Origin: Rhodothermia bacterium
Lineage (GTDB): Bacteria > Bacteroidota > Rhodothermia > Rhodothermales > JAAAOL01
DNA: 64,000 nucleotides
Direction: 5' to 3'
NCBI GenBank assembly: GCA_030428385.1
Contig: JAUIDY010000009.1
Coordinates: 23,655 to 87,654 of the forward strand
Of the stretch, positions 44,492 to 55,383 are shown piece by piece. Below the pieces are notes generated by a model. That model was given only the letters and a program-made list of their open reading frames with translations. It searched no databases and was not told the DNA's origin. Numbering within the stretch: position 1 is the stretch's first letter; every line of letters begins with the position of its first letter. The translations under genes were made by a program, and so were the position numbers.

Positions 44492-45514
44492 ATGCTCAAA
44501 CGTCTGCTCCTCTTCCTGTTGGTTGTCATCGCCGCCTTCGCTGCGTTTGTGGCGTGGGGCAGCCGAGGGACACTTGATGAAAGTGAGTGGGCTACCATCA
44601 CCACGTACGACGCCGTGGTCCCACCGCCTGCCGACACGTTCACGGTGGTGACGTACAACCTCGGCTACCTGTCGGGCTTAACGAACAACCGCGCTATCAC
44701 GCGCACGGAGGCGATGTTCGACGCCAACCTGGAGGCTGCTGCGCGGATGCTTGATTCGCTGGATGCGGACTTCATCGCGTTTCAGGAGATTGACCTCGGC
44801 GCAAACCGGTCGTTTGGCGTACAGCAGGTGGACGAACTGGCGGAGCGCGGTGGCTATTTTGCGGCCGCCACCGCGGTCAACTGGGATGAGCGCTATGTGC
44901 CGTTCCCCGGCGCGTTGTACGACCCCAGCGACCATTTCGGCCAGATGCGCTCCGGGCAGGCCGTCCTGAGCCGCTACCCGATCCTCGAACACCACCGCGT
45001 CGTCCTGCCGCCCCTTACCGACATTCCGTGGCTCCCGGCGTTTCTGGATCCCCTCGGCACACGGTTTTTCATCGACCGCCTCGCGCAGATCGTGATTGTG
45101 GATGTAGACCAACCGTTGGTGCTGATCAACGTCCACCTCGAAGCCTGGGGCGCGGCACTTCGCGAACAACAAGCCGTGGTGGTGCGCGACCTAGTGCAGC
45201 AATATGCGGATACATACCCCGTGCTTCTCCTCGGCGACTTCAACACCCCGCTTCCGCTCGATCCCAGCGAGGAAACCCTGCCGACCCTGCTCGCAGACGG
45301 CACCCTCCTCGAAGCCTTCTCCGACACCCTGGCGTCTCTCCCCGGCACCTATCCCGCCGACGACCCGCAATACAAAATCGACCACCTTTTCTACGAGCCC
45401 GCCGACGTACAGGTGGTGGATGCGTTTGTCATCGATGGCACGCCCCAGCCCTCCGACCACCGCGCCGTAGCCGTGCGCTTGATGTTGTCTACCGATTCCA
45501 GCGCCGTGGATTAA
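44492..45514 (+). CDS. Endonuclease/exonuclease/phosphatase (EEP) family protein
   Basis: N-terminal TM/signal, then VVTYNLGY, DADFIAFQEID and a C-terminal SDHRAVAV, the EEP catalytic motifs. Confidence 0.85.
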   Translation: MLKRLLLFLLVVIAAFAAFVAWGSRGTLDESEWATITTYDAVVPPPADTFTVVTYNLGYLSGLTNNRAITRTEAMFDANLEAAARMLDSLDADFIAFQEIDLGANRSFGVQQVDELAERGGYFAAATAVNWDERYVPFPGALYDPSDHFGQMRSGQAVLSRYPILEHHRVVLPPLTDIPWLPAFLDPLGTRFFIDRLAQIVIVDVDQPLVLINVHLEAWGAALREQQAVVVRDLVQQYADTYPVLLLGDFNTPLPLDPSEETLPTLLADGTLLEAFSDTLASLPGTYPADDPQYKIDHLFYEPADVQVVDAFVIDGTPQPSDHRAVAVRLMLSTDSSAVD

Positions 45515-45571
45515 TCATTCGGTGGCTAGCTTTTGGGGTCACCGCTCCGCCGCGCAACTCTGCCAGATTGA

Positions 45572-45655
45572 GAGATCCTGAAACAAGTTCAGGATGACAT
45601 TTAGGACGCAAAGAACACCCTCCAACCTCACCTATGGCTCGGCCACCTCCCTAAA
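45572..45655. repeat. Composite intergenic repeat (family B hairpin plus inverted, truncated family C copy)
   Basis: GAGATCCTGAAacaaGTTCAGGATGAC (45572-45598) is followed by the reverse complement of ...TAGGGAGGTGGCCGAGCC...GGAGGGTGT (45612-45655). Confidence 0.7.
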
Positions 45656-45731
45656 GACAAGAGTGTTGCGTCAACTCTGACATTTAAGCATCTCTCCCTT
45701 TCCCCCATACCCCCTTTCTCCCACACCTCAA

Positions 45732-47792
45732 TCACCCCTTCAAGTCCTTCTCCAACTGCTCGATGTTGTCCCGCAGGTCGGCGGCAAGTTCAAAGTCGAG
45801 GTTTTCGGCGGCGTCGAGCATTTCGGTGCGCATCTGCGTGATGAGGTCACGCTTTTGGTCGGGCGTGAGGTATTTCACGACGGGGTCGGCGACGATGCTG
45901 GGCAGCTTGGGCTCGCCGTACTGGTGGCGCGAGGCCGGTTCGCGGTCGCCCGCTTGTTTTTCCTCGGCGATGACGGTACCGCGCATGATCTGGTCGCGGT
46001 CTTTGGTCACGGTCCGGGGCACGATGCCGTGTTCTTCGTTGTACGCCAGTTGGATCTCACGGCGGCGCTCGGTCTCGTCCATCATCCGCTGCATCGAGCC
46101 GGTGATTTTGTCGGCGTACATGATGATGATGCTGTTGATGTTGCGGGCGGCGCGGCCTGCCGTCTGGATCAGCGAGCGCTCGGAGCGGAGGAAACCTTCT
46201 TTATCGGCGTCGAGGATGGCGACGAGTGCCACTTCGGGCAGGTCCAACCCTTCGCGCAACAGGTTGACGCCCACCAGCACGTCGAAGACGCCGAGCCGCA
46301 GGTCGCGCAGCAGGTCCACCCGCGCCAGCGCATCGATGTCGGAATGTAAGTAGCGCACCGCGATGCCGAACGAATCAAGGTAGTCGGACAGGTCTTCGGC
46401 CATGCGCTTCGTGAGCGTGGTCACCAGCACCCGCTCGCCGCGGTCGATGACGGTACGGACTTCGTCCATCAGGTCATCGATCTGGTTCTCGGTCGGACGC
46501 ACCTGGACCTTGGGGTCGGGAATGCCGGTCGGGCGGATGATCTGCTCGACGAAGACGCCCGCTGTTTTTTCCAACTCGTAGTCGCTGGGCGTGGCGCTGA
46601 CGAAGATCACCTGATGGTGCCGGTCCTCGAACTCTTCAAATGTCATCGGGCGGTTGTCCAGCGCCGAGGGGAGCCGGAAGCCATGCTCCACGAGGTTCAG
46701 CTTGCGGGCGCGGTCACCGTTGTACATCGCCCGCACCTGCGGCAGCGTCACGTGGCTCTCGTCGATCACCAGCAAAAAGTCGTCGGGGAAATAGTCGAAC
46801 AGACACGCGGGGCGTTCGCCGGGCGCGCGGCCCGTCAGGTGGCGGCTGTAGTTCTCTATGCCGGAGCAATAGCCCACCTCGCGCATCATCTCGATGTCGA
46901 ACATCGTGCGTTGCTCCAGCCGCTGCGCCTCCAGCATCCGCCCGTCTTCGTGCAGCACCGCCAGCCGCCAGCGCAGTTCGTCCTCGATGCTGAAGATGGC
47001 GCGTTCCAGTTGCTCGCGGGGCGTGACGAAGATTTTCGCGGGGTAGATCGTCAGGATTTGCTCTTCGTGCATCTCCTTACCCGTCAGCGGATCGAAGACG
47101 GCAATGCGGTCGATTTCGTCGCCCCAGAACTCAATGCGGTAGGCGAGTTCTTCGAGGTACGCGGGAAAGATGTCCACCACGTCGCCGCGCACACGGAAGC
47201 GCCCCGGCAGAAATTCGAGGTCGTTGCGCTCGTAATAAATGTTGATGAGTTGGCGCAGCAGCTCGTTGCGCTCGATCTCAACACCGGGTCGCACCTGGAC
47301 GATCTGGCTTTTGTATTCTTCCGGCGAGCCGAGGCCGTAGATACACGACACCGACGCCACCACAATCACATCGCTGCGCCCCGACACCAGCGCCGATGTG
47401 GTCCGCAGCCGCAGCCGGTCGATGCGGTCATTCACGGCCATGTCCTTCTCAATGTAGGTGTCCGAGTGGACGATGTATGCCTCCGGCTGATAGTAGTCGT
47501 AGTACGAGATAAAAAACTCGACGGCGTTGTTCGGGAAAAACTGCTTAAACTCGGCGTAAAGCTGTGCAGCGAGCGTTTTGTTGTGGCTCATCACCAGCGT
47601 CGGCTTGCCCGCGTTGGCAATGACGTGGCTGGCCGAAAACGTCTTGCCCGTGCCCGTCGCGCCCAGCAGCGTCTGGTAGTTGTCGCCACGTTCCAGCCCG
47701 TCGGTGAGTTCAGCGATGGCCCGCGGCTGGTCGCCCATCGGGGTAAATGGTGCGTCGAGTTGGAAGGCTTGGTCGAGGTAGGCGTCGTGCAT
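45732..47792 (-). CDS. uvrB: Excinuclease ABC subunit B
   Basis: GDQPRAI, the [11 protein letters not shown] Walker A, helicase motifs, and a C-terminal UVR domain ([16 protein letters not shown]). 686 aa. Confidence 0.97.
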   Translation of the reverse strand: MHDAYLDQAFQLDAPFTPMGDQPRAIAELTDGLERGDNYQTLLGATGTGKTFSASHVIANAGKPTLVMSHNKTLAAQLYAEFKQFFPNNAVEFFISYYDYYQPEAYIVHSDTYIEKDMAVNDRIDRLRLRTTSALVSGRSDVIVVASVSCIYGLGSPEEYKSQIVQVRPGVEIERNELLRQLINIYYERNDLEFLPGRFRVRGDVVDIFPAYLEELAYRIEFWGDEIDRIAVFDPLTGKEMHEEQILTIYPAKIFVTPREQLERAIFSIEDELRWRLAVLHEDGRMLEAQRLEQRTMFDIEMMREVGYCSGIENYSRHLTGRAPGERPACLFDYFPDDFLLVIDESHVTLPQVRAMYNGDRARKLNLVEHGFRLPSALDNRPMTFEEFEDRHHQVIFVSATPSDYELEKTAGVFVEQIIRPTGIPDPKVQVRPTENQIDDLMDEVRTVIDRGERVLVTTLTKRMAEDLSDYLDSFGIAVRYLHSDIDALARVDLLRDLRLGVFDVLVGVNLLREGLDLPEVALVAILDADKEGFLRSERSLIQTAGRAARNINSIIIMYADKITGSMQRMMDETERRREIQLAYNEEHGIVPRTVTKDRDQIMRGTVIAEEKQAGDREPASRHQYGEPKLPSIVADPVVKYLTPDQKRDLITQMRTEMLDAAENLDFELAADLRDNIEQLEKDLKG

Positions 47793-47838
47793 GGATTAGG
47801 TCAGCAGGTCTTTCAGGTCGGCAGGTCGCAGGTCGGTC

Positions 47839-48822
47839 TTAATGCTGGGAAAAAGCTGTTCCGTTCCATCGCCAAGCGGAGGTGCCTTGCAGATGTACCC
47901 CGCCGATCCAGCGGTCGATCCCGTTGAGGTGGATCGCGGCGGCGGTGCGCTGGTGGACGGCGTGACCGGATTCGCTCAGGTGCAAGCGCTGGTTCAGGAA
48001 AGCGGCTGGCGGTTTGCCGAGCGGCGGGGGTTGAAACGGGGTGTGGTCGGTGGTGTGTAAGAGCGGGTGTGGGCCTTGCGTGAGGGCGGCGAGGCGCAGC
48101 CAGAACGAAGCATCGCCCATAAACTTGGCGTCTTCCTGTGCCTGCGTCGCTTGAAACAATGCGCCGGGTGCGTGCACCCCACCAGCGACGACATCCAGAA
48201 TCTGCTGCTCCGTGCGCGAAAGCCCGTTTTTAGTGTGTGGATATTCCTCGGCAAGGCGATGCAGCGCGGCATGCAAAAAAGGAAGCGCCGTGGTATCAAC
48301 ATCGAGCAAGGCGGCGAGCGGCTCCGGCGTGCTTTCACCCAACGCCTTCCATGCGGCCTGGGCGAGGGTATATTGATCCGGCATCACCAACGGGCGGACT
48401 TGATGCAGTGCCTGCAACCGCTCTGGGCTTGATTCGGAAACAAATTCAGCCTCGCAGATCAGCGAAACCGGTGTTGTCAGATCAAGCCCAGCCAGCCGGT
48501 CCAAAATCTGAAGCAGTTGCAGTTGGTCGTACAAATCATGTTCAAACCACAGCACCACCTCGTCATACGACGCCGCGTTTGCGAGCGTCGCATCGCGTTG
48601 CTCGAAACGGGCGCGGACGTTTTCCTTCTCGGCCCAGCCACACGCGGCGATAAACGCGGCACGGGTTTCAAGAAGCACTTCGGGCGGCTGTTGGGTGGGC
48701 ACGGGACCGTCGTGCAACACGTCGTCCCACGAGACAAAATCGCCCGTGAACCCGGCATGCTGCAAGGTGGCGACGGCACTCTGGCCGTTGGTGACAAACA
48801 GCGTAGGCGAAGCAGCGGCCAT
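47839..48822 (-). CDS. DUF1835-domain protein (with probable DUF3658-like C-terminus)
   Basis: N-terminus LFVTNGQSAVATLQHAGFTGDFVSWDDVLHDGPVP matches my recollection of the DUF1835 signature. Not verified by a search. Confidence 0.55.
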   Translation of the reverse strand: MAAASPTLFVTNGQSAVATLQHAGFTGDFVSWDDVLHDGPVPTQQPPEVLLETRAAFIAACGWAEKENVRARFEQRDATLANAASYDEVVLWFEHDLYDQLQLLQILDRLAGLDLTTPVSLICEAEFVSESSPERLQALHQVRPLVMPDQYTLAQAAWKALGESTPEPLAALLDVDTTALPFLHAALHRLAEEYPHTKNGLSRTEQQILDVVAGGVHAPGALFQATQAQEDAKFMGDASFWLRLAALTQGPHPLLHTTDHTPFQPPPLGKPPAAFLNQRLHLSESGHAVHQRTAAAIHLNGIDRWIGGVHLQGTSAWRWNGTAFSQH

Positions 48823-48894
48823 AAAAAACCGAGGGTGGGAATAAAGCAGTGGGGGAAACGCACGAAGATAGAGGCACTGGGTGCCACCCCTATG

Positions 48895-50058
48895 TCAGGG
48901 GGCAGGCATCATGCTTGTTGCGCTGGGTGCTTTTTCCGTCAAACCATCTGCATTCCCCACATCAGTCACTGTCCCATCCAGCAGGTCATTCAGCCAGGCA
49001 TTTGCGGTTTTCCCCGCGATGGGCTCCCCAAACAGGCGGCTGTTGCTAAAAAGAAAGGTGTGTTCGCTACCCGGCGCGAAGTACGTCGCCCAATTGTCGG
49101 GCATCCGACTGCGTAGGTCAAAAAGGGCCGCATCAAAGATATCCGCGTTCAGAAGGGGCGGAAACCCGTTGCCGTCATAATCGGCAAAGCCGAGGAAGAA
49201 GCGGATGGTTTCGTCGTGGCGGTGCGAAAAGAGTCCAAAATGCGCGGCGGGGTAGCGTTCGCTGTAATAGTCGTAGATGCCTTCGAGTCCATCGCCGGTG
49301 GCCGAGATGCGCTGTGGAAAGTCGTTGGGCAGGGTTGCCTCGAAGTTCCAGAGCGTGCGGAAGGTCTGTTGCAAGCTGGGCGGAAAGGCCGCATCGTCGG
49401 CGAAGACGGGGCCGGAGTCCACCAGCAACGTCAGGCTGTCTGTTCCGGTGATCGGGCTAAAGGTTTGCGCCACCAAATCGAAGTTGAACAACGCCCCGAA
49501 GCCTCCCGCGCTGGCACCCATCAGCAAGACGCGCTCCTGGTCGCTGAACGCAGGCGCGAGGGCGTCCATGTAACGCTCCATGTTGCGGTGCCCCACAAAC
49601 TGCTGCGGCCCAAAGGACGAAACCTCCGTGTCCGGCGCATCGCCCGCATGCACATCGCCGGTGCAGTAGGGCACGTAGACGAGGTTCCAGTCGCGAAGCG
49701 GGTTTTCCGGGTTGCTCGCGTCGAACACACCCTGGTTGCCACGCACCGAAAGACCCGATCTAAATTCAGGCTCGCCAAAAAACGTCAGGCCCTGCACGCA
49801 GGTAATGCCATTAAAACACGCCCCGCCCCCTTCGAGGTAGATGGCAAGGCGCGTCGCATTCTCTTGCACCCGGATGCCAATCCCCGTCGGCGAGCCGTCG
49901 CGGCACTGCGCTCCGTTGATGGGCACCCACTCCCATTCGCCCAAGGACAGGCTGGCCCGGTCGATTTCTAGGCTGTCGTCGGCACTGTCGCAGCCCGCCA
50001 GCAACACCACCAGCAGGACACCCAACAACCACGTCTCCAGAGACTTCATAACCATCAA
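48895..50058 (-). CDS. Pectin-acetylesterase-family (PAE/Notum-like) hydrolase, lipoprotein
   Basis: Lipobox LLAGCDS, then YLEGGGACF, YVPYCTGDVHAG and LLMGASAGGFGA, the ordered PAE-family motifs. Confidence 0.6.
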   Translation of the reverse strand: MMVMKSLETWLLGVLLVVLLAGCDSADDSLEIDRASLSLGEWEWVPINGAQCRDGSPTGIGIRVQENATRLAIYLEGGGACFNGITCVQGLTFFGEPEFRSGLSVRGNQGVFDASNPENPLRDWNLVYVPYCTGDVHAGDAPDTEVSSFGPQQFVGHRNMERYMDALAPAFSDQERVLLMGASAGGFGALFNFDLVAQTFSPITGTDSLTLLVDSGPVFADDAAFPPSLQQTFRTLWNFEATLPNDFPQRISATGDGLEGIYDYYSERYPAAHFGLFSHRHDETIRFFLGFADYDGNGFPPLLNADIFDAALFDLRSRMPDNWATYFAPGSEHTFLFSNSRLFGEPIAGKTANAWLNDLLDGTVTDVGNADGLTEKAPSATSMMPAP

Positions 50059-50196
50059 GCGATTGGATCAACAACGGACGCTATCAACGCAGGAAGGGGC
50101 TGGGAGATTCAAGACTGAGGAGGCTTTCGGCTATCGGGGCGAGACGTGCCGGGGCACGTCTTTACGATCTGCCCTAACTTCGCCCTTGCCAACCCC

Positions 50197-51252
50197 TCAG
50201 CGCCCGGTGACCTCGAACACAAACAGCCCGTGCGTGCGGTCGCTGACGTAGACGTTGCCGGACGGCGTAAACGGATAGACGCCCCACGCGCCGTTGAAGC
50301 CTTGCTGGTTAACATCCGGGTCGGTGTCGTATTCATCGGCGAGGATCGGCTGCGTGGGGTCTTCCACATCGTAGACGCGCAGCCCGGCGGCATAGTACGA
50401 GACAAACGCGATCTCGTCGTCGATGTAGAGGTTGTGCACTGTTGCAAAGGTGTCAACAATACTGGTGACGAGTTCGGGGACAGCCGGGTTTTGCAGGTCC
50501 CACACGGTGATGTCGGCATTGGCATCGAGGGAAAGCTCGTCGCACACATACAGGTAGCGCCCGTCGGCGGTGGGCCAGCCGCTGTGGTGATACTGGATCG
50601 TGGGAAGCGTGATGCTGCCGAGGAGCAGCGGGTCGGCAGGGTCGGTGATGTCGTAGATATGCGTCGCATCGCCGTGGAAGTCGTACAGGCGGTTGCCAAT
50701 GGCGGTGGCATCGTGGCCGTTCGAGGGCGTGTCTTCTTGCCAGATCAGCACGGGATTGGCCGGGTCGCTCCGCAGGTCAAAGATGCGCAGCCCCGGCACC
50801 TCGGCGTATAGCAGACCCTGGTCGTCGATGAAGATGTTGTGCGCCGACGGGAAACCGCCCACAACAACCGGATTGGCAGGGTCCGACAGGTCGATGATGC
50901 GCCCAAGGTCTTGCCCGCCATCGGGGCCACCCGTGACGGTGTAGGCGTACTGCTGCCACGTCTTGATATCAAAGCCGGAGCCTTCGTTTACCGTGCCCAC
51001 GACCGTAGGTGCGCCGGGGGCGGATACATCAATGACGTACAGCGCGGGCCATTCGCGGTTGATGCCGAGCGTGCCGAGCAGCGCGTATTCCTTGTCGGTG
51101 TCGGGGTCGGCGTAGCCCCAGATGTCGGCATACGGCACGGCTTCGGGTGTGAGTTGGCCCAGCAGGTTGACCGTAATCACACGCGGCCCCGTTTCCGCGC
51201 TGTCGCACGCGGCGAGGAGGAACAGTAAGACAAACGGCGCAGCCCAGCGCAT
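50197..51252 (-). CDS. Choice-of-anchor-B/LVIVD-repeat beta-propeller lipoprotein
   Basis: Start re-set to MRWAAPFVLLFLLAACDS (lipobox). YADIWGYADPDTDKEYALLGT parallels NDLWGWVDPETDREYALAGV of the 900-aa protein. No T9SS CTD. Confidence 0.7.
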   Translation of the reverse strand: MRWAAPFVLLFLLAACDSAETGPRVITVNLLGQLTPEAVPYADIWGYADPDTDKEYALLGTLGINREWPALYVIDVSAPGAPTVVGTVNEGSGFDIKTWQQYAYTVTGGPDGGQDLGRIIDLSDPANPVVVGGFPSAHNIFIDDQGLLYAEVPGLRIFDLRSDPANPVLIWQEDTPSNGHDATAIGNRLYDFHGDATHIYDITDPADPLLLGSITLPTIQYHHSGWPTADGRYLYVCDELSLDANADITVWDLQNPAVPELVTSIVDTFATVHNLYIDDEIAFVSYYAAGLRVYDVEDPTQPILADEYDTDPDVNQQGFNGAWGVYPFTPSGNVYVSDRTHGLFVFEVTGR

Positions 51253-51370
51253 CGGCAGGATCGGTTGGTGAAGGAGAGTCCCCAAGAAGCAAAAGGGAAG
51301 CGCCGGGTGCAAGGCAAAAAGTGAAGGCTGGAGCCCCTCGTTTTTCATCGCTCCAATTCAGCCTCTTGAA

Positions 51371-51462
51371 AGCCAAAGGCGACGTGGCGACCTCATCCCG
51401 TCTGCGGTGCTTTTTCCTCGCGGGGTGAGATCACCACAGGATCTACGATCCTTCGTGATGAC
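51371..51462. repeat. Family A hairpin repeat, copy 3 (inverted, 3' arm degenerate)
   Basis: The reverse complement reads GTCATCACGAAGGATCgtaGATCCTGTGGTGATCTCACCCCG...CGGGATGAGGTCGCCACGTCGCCTTTGGCT. Confidence 0.75.
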
Positions 51463-51480
51463 AAGAAAATGAATGTCTTG

Positions 51481-51560
51481 CAGAGGCTGGGGGTGTTCGG
51501 GGCGTACATACACCCTCCGACCTCGCCTGTAGCTCGGCCACCTCCCTCAAGGGAGGGGGT
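51481..51560. repeat. Family C repeat, copy 3 (inverted)
   Basis: The reverse complement reads CCCTCCCTTGAGGGAGGTGGCCGAGCTACAGGCGAGGTCGGAGGGTGTATGTACGCCCCGAACACCCCCAGCCTCTG. Confidence 0.8.
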
Positions 51561-51584
51561 TTGCGTAGGTCCTGTATGAATGGG

Positions 51585-52757
51585 TCAACCTACCTGTACC
51601 AGTTCCTTCAGCGCGTCCCACGTTCGCTCACAATTGCGTCCGTCTGCGCCGAGCATGTAGGTATCGAGGAATGTTTGGGCTTGGGACTCGCAGCAGGTGG
51701 GATCTTCAAGTGCCTGATCGACGGCGGCGAGCAGTTCGTCGAAGTCGTGCGCCAACAAGCCACCATGTTCTTGCGGGGGCAGCTTCCAGATGTAGCGGGC
51801 CGACTCGACTTTTTTCGTCACGACGCCCGCCACGGTGTATTGTCGCCACAGAAACGCCTCGTCGGCGCTGCGCACGGGGTAGATATGAATGGTGGGGCGG
51901 CGCGTGGCATAAAACAGGTTGGCGATGCTGCTGTAGTTCGTCAGCAACACGTCGGCGACCTGCATGTCGAGGTAGTTGTCGGGGTCCTGGTCCTTAAACT
52001 TGAGCAGGACGTGGGCGTGGCGGCTCGCCAGTTCATGCAAAAACCGGCGGTAGGGTTTGTCGAAGCGGTACGAGTCGTGCAGGCGCAGGATGACGTTGAC
52101 GTCGTGCTCGTCAAACCGCGTCAGCAAGCGCTCGAACAAGTCGGCGTCGGTGCCCCAGTGGGCGAACAGTTCGCCGTAATGCCACGTGGGCGCGAGCAGC
52201 ACGGTTTTGCGGTTGACGACATCGAACGGGTAATACGGCTGCGCCCGCGCCCGGTCGAGCCGTTCGCGCAGGTCGTCATGGCTGGCGGCACCGAGGATGC
52301 GGCAGTTGGCTGCATCGAAGCCGCTGACGGTGGTGCGGTGCTCCTGATCCCAGGGCCCAAAGCATTGCCACCGGAAGTCGGGATTCGGCTGGCGGGCATC
52401 GCCCCAGGTGCGGCGAAGGCCGCTGTGCAGCCAGCGCATCTCTTTTTCGTCGTTCGGCCCTTTCCACCCGAAGCCGTGCCACAGCATCATCGCCTTCGGT
52501 GAGGTGCGGAACAGCGGCGGGCGGTTGTCCATCAGCGTCACATCGGCGTGAAAGACATGTTTGCTGAGAAGGTGGTGGTACGCCCGGCGGGGGATGAAGT
52601 CGGCACGCAGGGGGAATAACTCGGCGACGCCCTGCTTGAGAAACGCAGCAGGGTCGTCCATCACAATCTTGACCTCGGCGTCGGTGTGCTGATCTAGATA
52701 CTTGGTGAAGCTCCAGAGGTCAGCGCCAAACGTGGTAGGCCAGACAAGGACGTGCAT
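51585..52757 (-). CDS. CDP-glycerol glycerophosphotransferase (TagB/TagF)-like protein
   Basis: VLLAPTWH... and DVLLTNYSSIANLFYATRRPTIHIYP resemble the TagF-family ILYAPTWR and DVLITDYSS...P.IFY motifs. Recalled, not searched. Confidence 0.5.
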   Translation of the reverse strand: MHVLVWPTTFGADLWSFTKYLDQHTDAEVKIVMDDPAAFLKQGVAELFPLRADFIPRRAYHHLLSKHVFHADVTLMDNRPPLFRTSPKAMMLWHGFGWKGPNDEKEMRWLHSGLRRTWGDARQPNPDFRWQCFGPWDQEHRTTVSGFDAANCRILGAASHDDLRERLDRARAQPYYPFDVVNRKTVLLAPTWHYGELFAHWGTDADLFERLLTRFDEHDVNVILRLHDSYRFDKPYRRFLHELASRHAHVLLKFKDQDPDNYLDMQVADVLLTNYSSIANLFYATRRPTIHIYPVRSADEAFLWRQYTVAGVVTKKVESARYIWKLPPQEHGGLLAHDFDELLAAVDQALEDPTCCESQAQTFLDTYMLGADGRNCERTWDALKELVQVG

Positions 52758-52833
52758 ACAAAAACGGCGTCATCAAAAAGGGGTCCCGGCGAAGCAGGTG
52801 GGGCGCAATATAGGCAGCGCTTTTCAACAATCG

Positions 52834-53745
52834 CTACCGAAACTGCTGGGCAAAATCATCCATCACGGCCTGCCACGTGGCGCGGCTCTGCTGGTGGGTG
52901 GCATGAGCCAGCGTCCACTGGCGCGGGGCGTACGTCGTCGTGGCCAGCGAATCCAGAAAACGACCCACCTCCTCCTTCAACTGCGGCAGGTCGTGGTACG
53001 CCACGTCGGGGTCGATGAGGTACACGTCCTGCGGACGGTCGCGGTCTTGCATCAGGCCCACGCGGGTGAAAAAGCAGGGCAGGTTCATTGCCATCGCCTC
53101 GTTGCATACGATGCTGTTGCCCTCGTAGCGGCTCAGGTGCAGGAAGGCGCGGGCAGAACGCATGCGGTCGGGTACGTCGTCCGGGGCGCAGTTGAGCGGC
53201 TCGAAGCGCCAATCGGGGAAGTGGGCCGCCAAGGGGGGAATCAGATCGCGTCCTTTGTGCTTAAACCGGGCGTCGTGCAGGATCAGGCGGGAGCCTTCAT
53301 TGTCCAGCTTACCGTCGAAGCGCTTGATGTCGATGGGGTGGTAGATCACGTGTGCCGCGCCGCTGCCGTACAGCCGCTCGAAGGTCTCGGCGATCCATTG
53401 GGCACAGGCCACCCACAGCGTGTTGCGCCGCCGGGCGGCGCGGCGTTGGGCGCGTTGGAGCCGCCAGTGGTTAAACTTCCGCGTCGCCGAAAACTTAACC
53501 GCCCCCACGCCATGCTGAAACCCGATCACCGGGATGTCCTCGGGCCAGTCGAGCACGCGCTGGTTGTCGCACACCACCGGAATCTTTTCGCGCTGCACCC
53601 ACCCAAAGTCGCGCCGTTCGGGCGTCATAAACGTCACCTCGTCGAACACCAGCCGCAGGTTGCGCGCAAACGTCTCGACACCGCCCGTGGTGGTCTCGGG
53701 GTCGTAGCGGCTGTAGTGGACGATGTGGTACGGTAGCTTTTCCAT
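52834..53745 (-). CDS. Glycosyltransferase (GT-B fold, GT4-like)
   Basis: The N-terminus contains TTGGVETFARNL. C-terminal YEGNSIVCNEAMAMNLP (E-x7-E-type motif). Confidence 0.65.
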   Translation of the reverse strand: MEKLPYHIVHYSRYDPETTTGGVETFARNLRLVFDEVTFMTPERRDFGWVQREKIPVVCDNQRVLDWPEDIPVIGFQHGVGAVKFSATRKFNHWRLQRAQRRAARRRNTLWVACAQWIAETFERLYGSGAAHVIYHPIDIKRFDGKLDNEGSRLILHDARFKHKGRDLIPPLAAHFPDWRFEPLNCAPDDVPDRMRSARAFLHLSRYEGNSIVCNEAMAMNLPCFFTRVGLMQDRDRPQDVYLIDPDVAYHDLPQLKEEVGRFLDSLATTTYAPRQWTLAHATHQQSRATWQAVMDDFAQQFR

Positions 53746-53760
53746 AAAAAGGTAAAAGAG

Positions 53761-55305
53761 TCAGGCATCAGGGCGGCGACGGCGGAAGGCCTTGAGGAGC
53801 ACATATTCGCGGAGGAACCGCCATTCCGCACGGCTGATCAGTCCGGTGAGCGAGCCCACCAGCGCAAAGCCAAAAAGAATGATGGCCGCCTCGCTGAGCA
53901 GGGCCCAAAGCGGTGTGGTCTCTACGTTAAACTTAAAGAAAACCGCCAGCGCGACGGCGGGCAGGGCCGCCAGCACCACCTTGAACCACGCCCCCAGCGG
54001 AAACACCTGCCGGAACGGCACACCCGCCGTCTTGCCAATATACCAGGTATAGCCACACACCATCGGGATAAAGGCGAGCATGGTACCCAGCGCGGGGCCG
54101 TTAAACCCGATCCACCACACCAGCGGCACGCTGATCACCACGTTCGACATAAACGCGATGAGGGCGGCGCGGAAGACGTATTTTGGCTTGCCCGCCGCGA
54201 CGAGGATGGTGCCAAACGCGGTGATGCGGCCCATTGTCATTAGCGCATAAAAACGCAGCACGCTGGCCCCATTTACGTAGTCGGCGGTGAAAAGCAGCGT
54301 AATGGTTTCTTCGGCAGCCACGACAAAAACCAGCGCAATCGGCACCACAAGCAAGGCTGTTTTGCTGGCCTGCTCGCGCCACACGCCCACGGCTTCTTTC
54401 AGGCGGCCTTCCTTGAACAACTCGCTGAAGCGCGGCCCATACGCCACGCCCACGGCATAGGCGAGACTGGGGATGATGGGCACCTGCCAACTCCCGGCTG
54501 TGTACTCGGCGTACGCTATCGCGCCGAGGGGAATGATGAGGAAGCGGTCGAAGCGGTTGTTGATGTTCGAGATCAACTCTGTGACACCGACGGGCAACGC
54601 AAAGTTGATCATACGACGCACGCTCAGGTCGGTCGGCGCACGCGGGGTATCGCGGTAGACGCGGTAAAAAAAGAACAGCGTCGTCAGCCCAAACACGATC
54701 CCGACACTGCTCAACACGAGCATCACGGTCCACACACTCGCGCCCAGCGCCAGCGGCACCAGTGTCCCGAGGCTCATGCCCAGCGAGCGGATGATGGAGG
54801 TGCTCGCGGCGGCCCGGTCGCGGTCTTCAATGACCAGCAGGTTGGGCAACATCCGCATCGGCAGGTCGCCCAGCGGCAGCCCGGCGAGGGCGATGAGATA
54901 ATGCAGCCGCACCTCGGTCTCCAGCACCTCGGCGGCGCTCAGGCCTGCGATGAGCAGTTGGACGAGTACCGCGCCGAAGCCAAGACTCAGCAGCAACCGC
55001 CCCATGCGCCCGGCGATGGCGCGGCGTTCGCCCCGCGACCGCGTGGGCAGGTGAAACGCCAGCGTACCCGGCAACCCCAGCGTCAACACCATGGTGATGG
55101 TGGTGTTGATCAGCAGCAGCGACGTCAGCACGCCCACCTCGGTTTTGCCCAACAGCCGCACGATGATGAGCGGGGCGATGACTTCGGTGAGGCCCGCCAG
55201 AATATGCCCGACGGCAAGCACCCCGGCCTGATGGGATGCCTGAGATTTTTTGTCGGCGACGGGATTCAACGAAGCAGGAACCGGGTGAGGATCAGAAACA
55301 GCCAA
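53761..55305 (-). CDS. Polysaccharide flippase (Wzx/MOP superfamily)
   Basis: 514 aa with about 14 TM helices, placed between glycosyltransferases. Confidence 0.7.
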   Translation of the reverse strand: MAVSDPHPVPASLNPVADKKSQASHQAGVLAVGHILAGLTEVIAPLIIVRLLGKTEVGVLTSLLLINTTITMVLTLGLPGTLAFHLPTRSRGERRAIAGRMGRLLLSLGFGAVLVQLLIAGLSAAEVLETEVRLHYLIALAGLPLGDLPMRMLPNLLVIEDRDRAAASTSIIRSLGMSLGTLVPLALGASVWTVMLVLSSVGIVFGLTTLFFFYRVYRDTPRAPTDLSVRRMINFALPVGVTELISNINNRFDRFLIIPLGAIAYAEYTAGSWQVPIIPSLAYAVGVAYGPRFSELFKEGRLKEAVGVWREQASKTALLVVPIALVFVVAAEETITLLFTADYVNGASVLRFYALMTMGRITAFGTILVAAGKPKYVFRAALIAFMSNVVISVPLVWWIGFNGPALGTMLAFIPMVCGYTWYIGKTAGVPFRQVFPLGAWFKVVLAALPAVALAVFFKFNVETTPLWALLSEAAIILFGFALVGSLTGLISRAEWRFLREYVLLKAFRRRRPDA

Positions 55306-55383
55306 AAAGCACCCAAAGAACGGGCACGCATAAAGTTTGGAAGATACGCCTTCGATCTGCTCAAGAACGCAAGAATTCGACCA

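Noticed and set aside
46614-47927. A 437-aa + strand ORF.
   Set aside because: It is antisense to uvrB, which is unambiguous.
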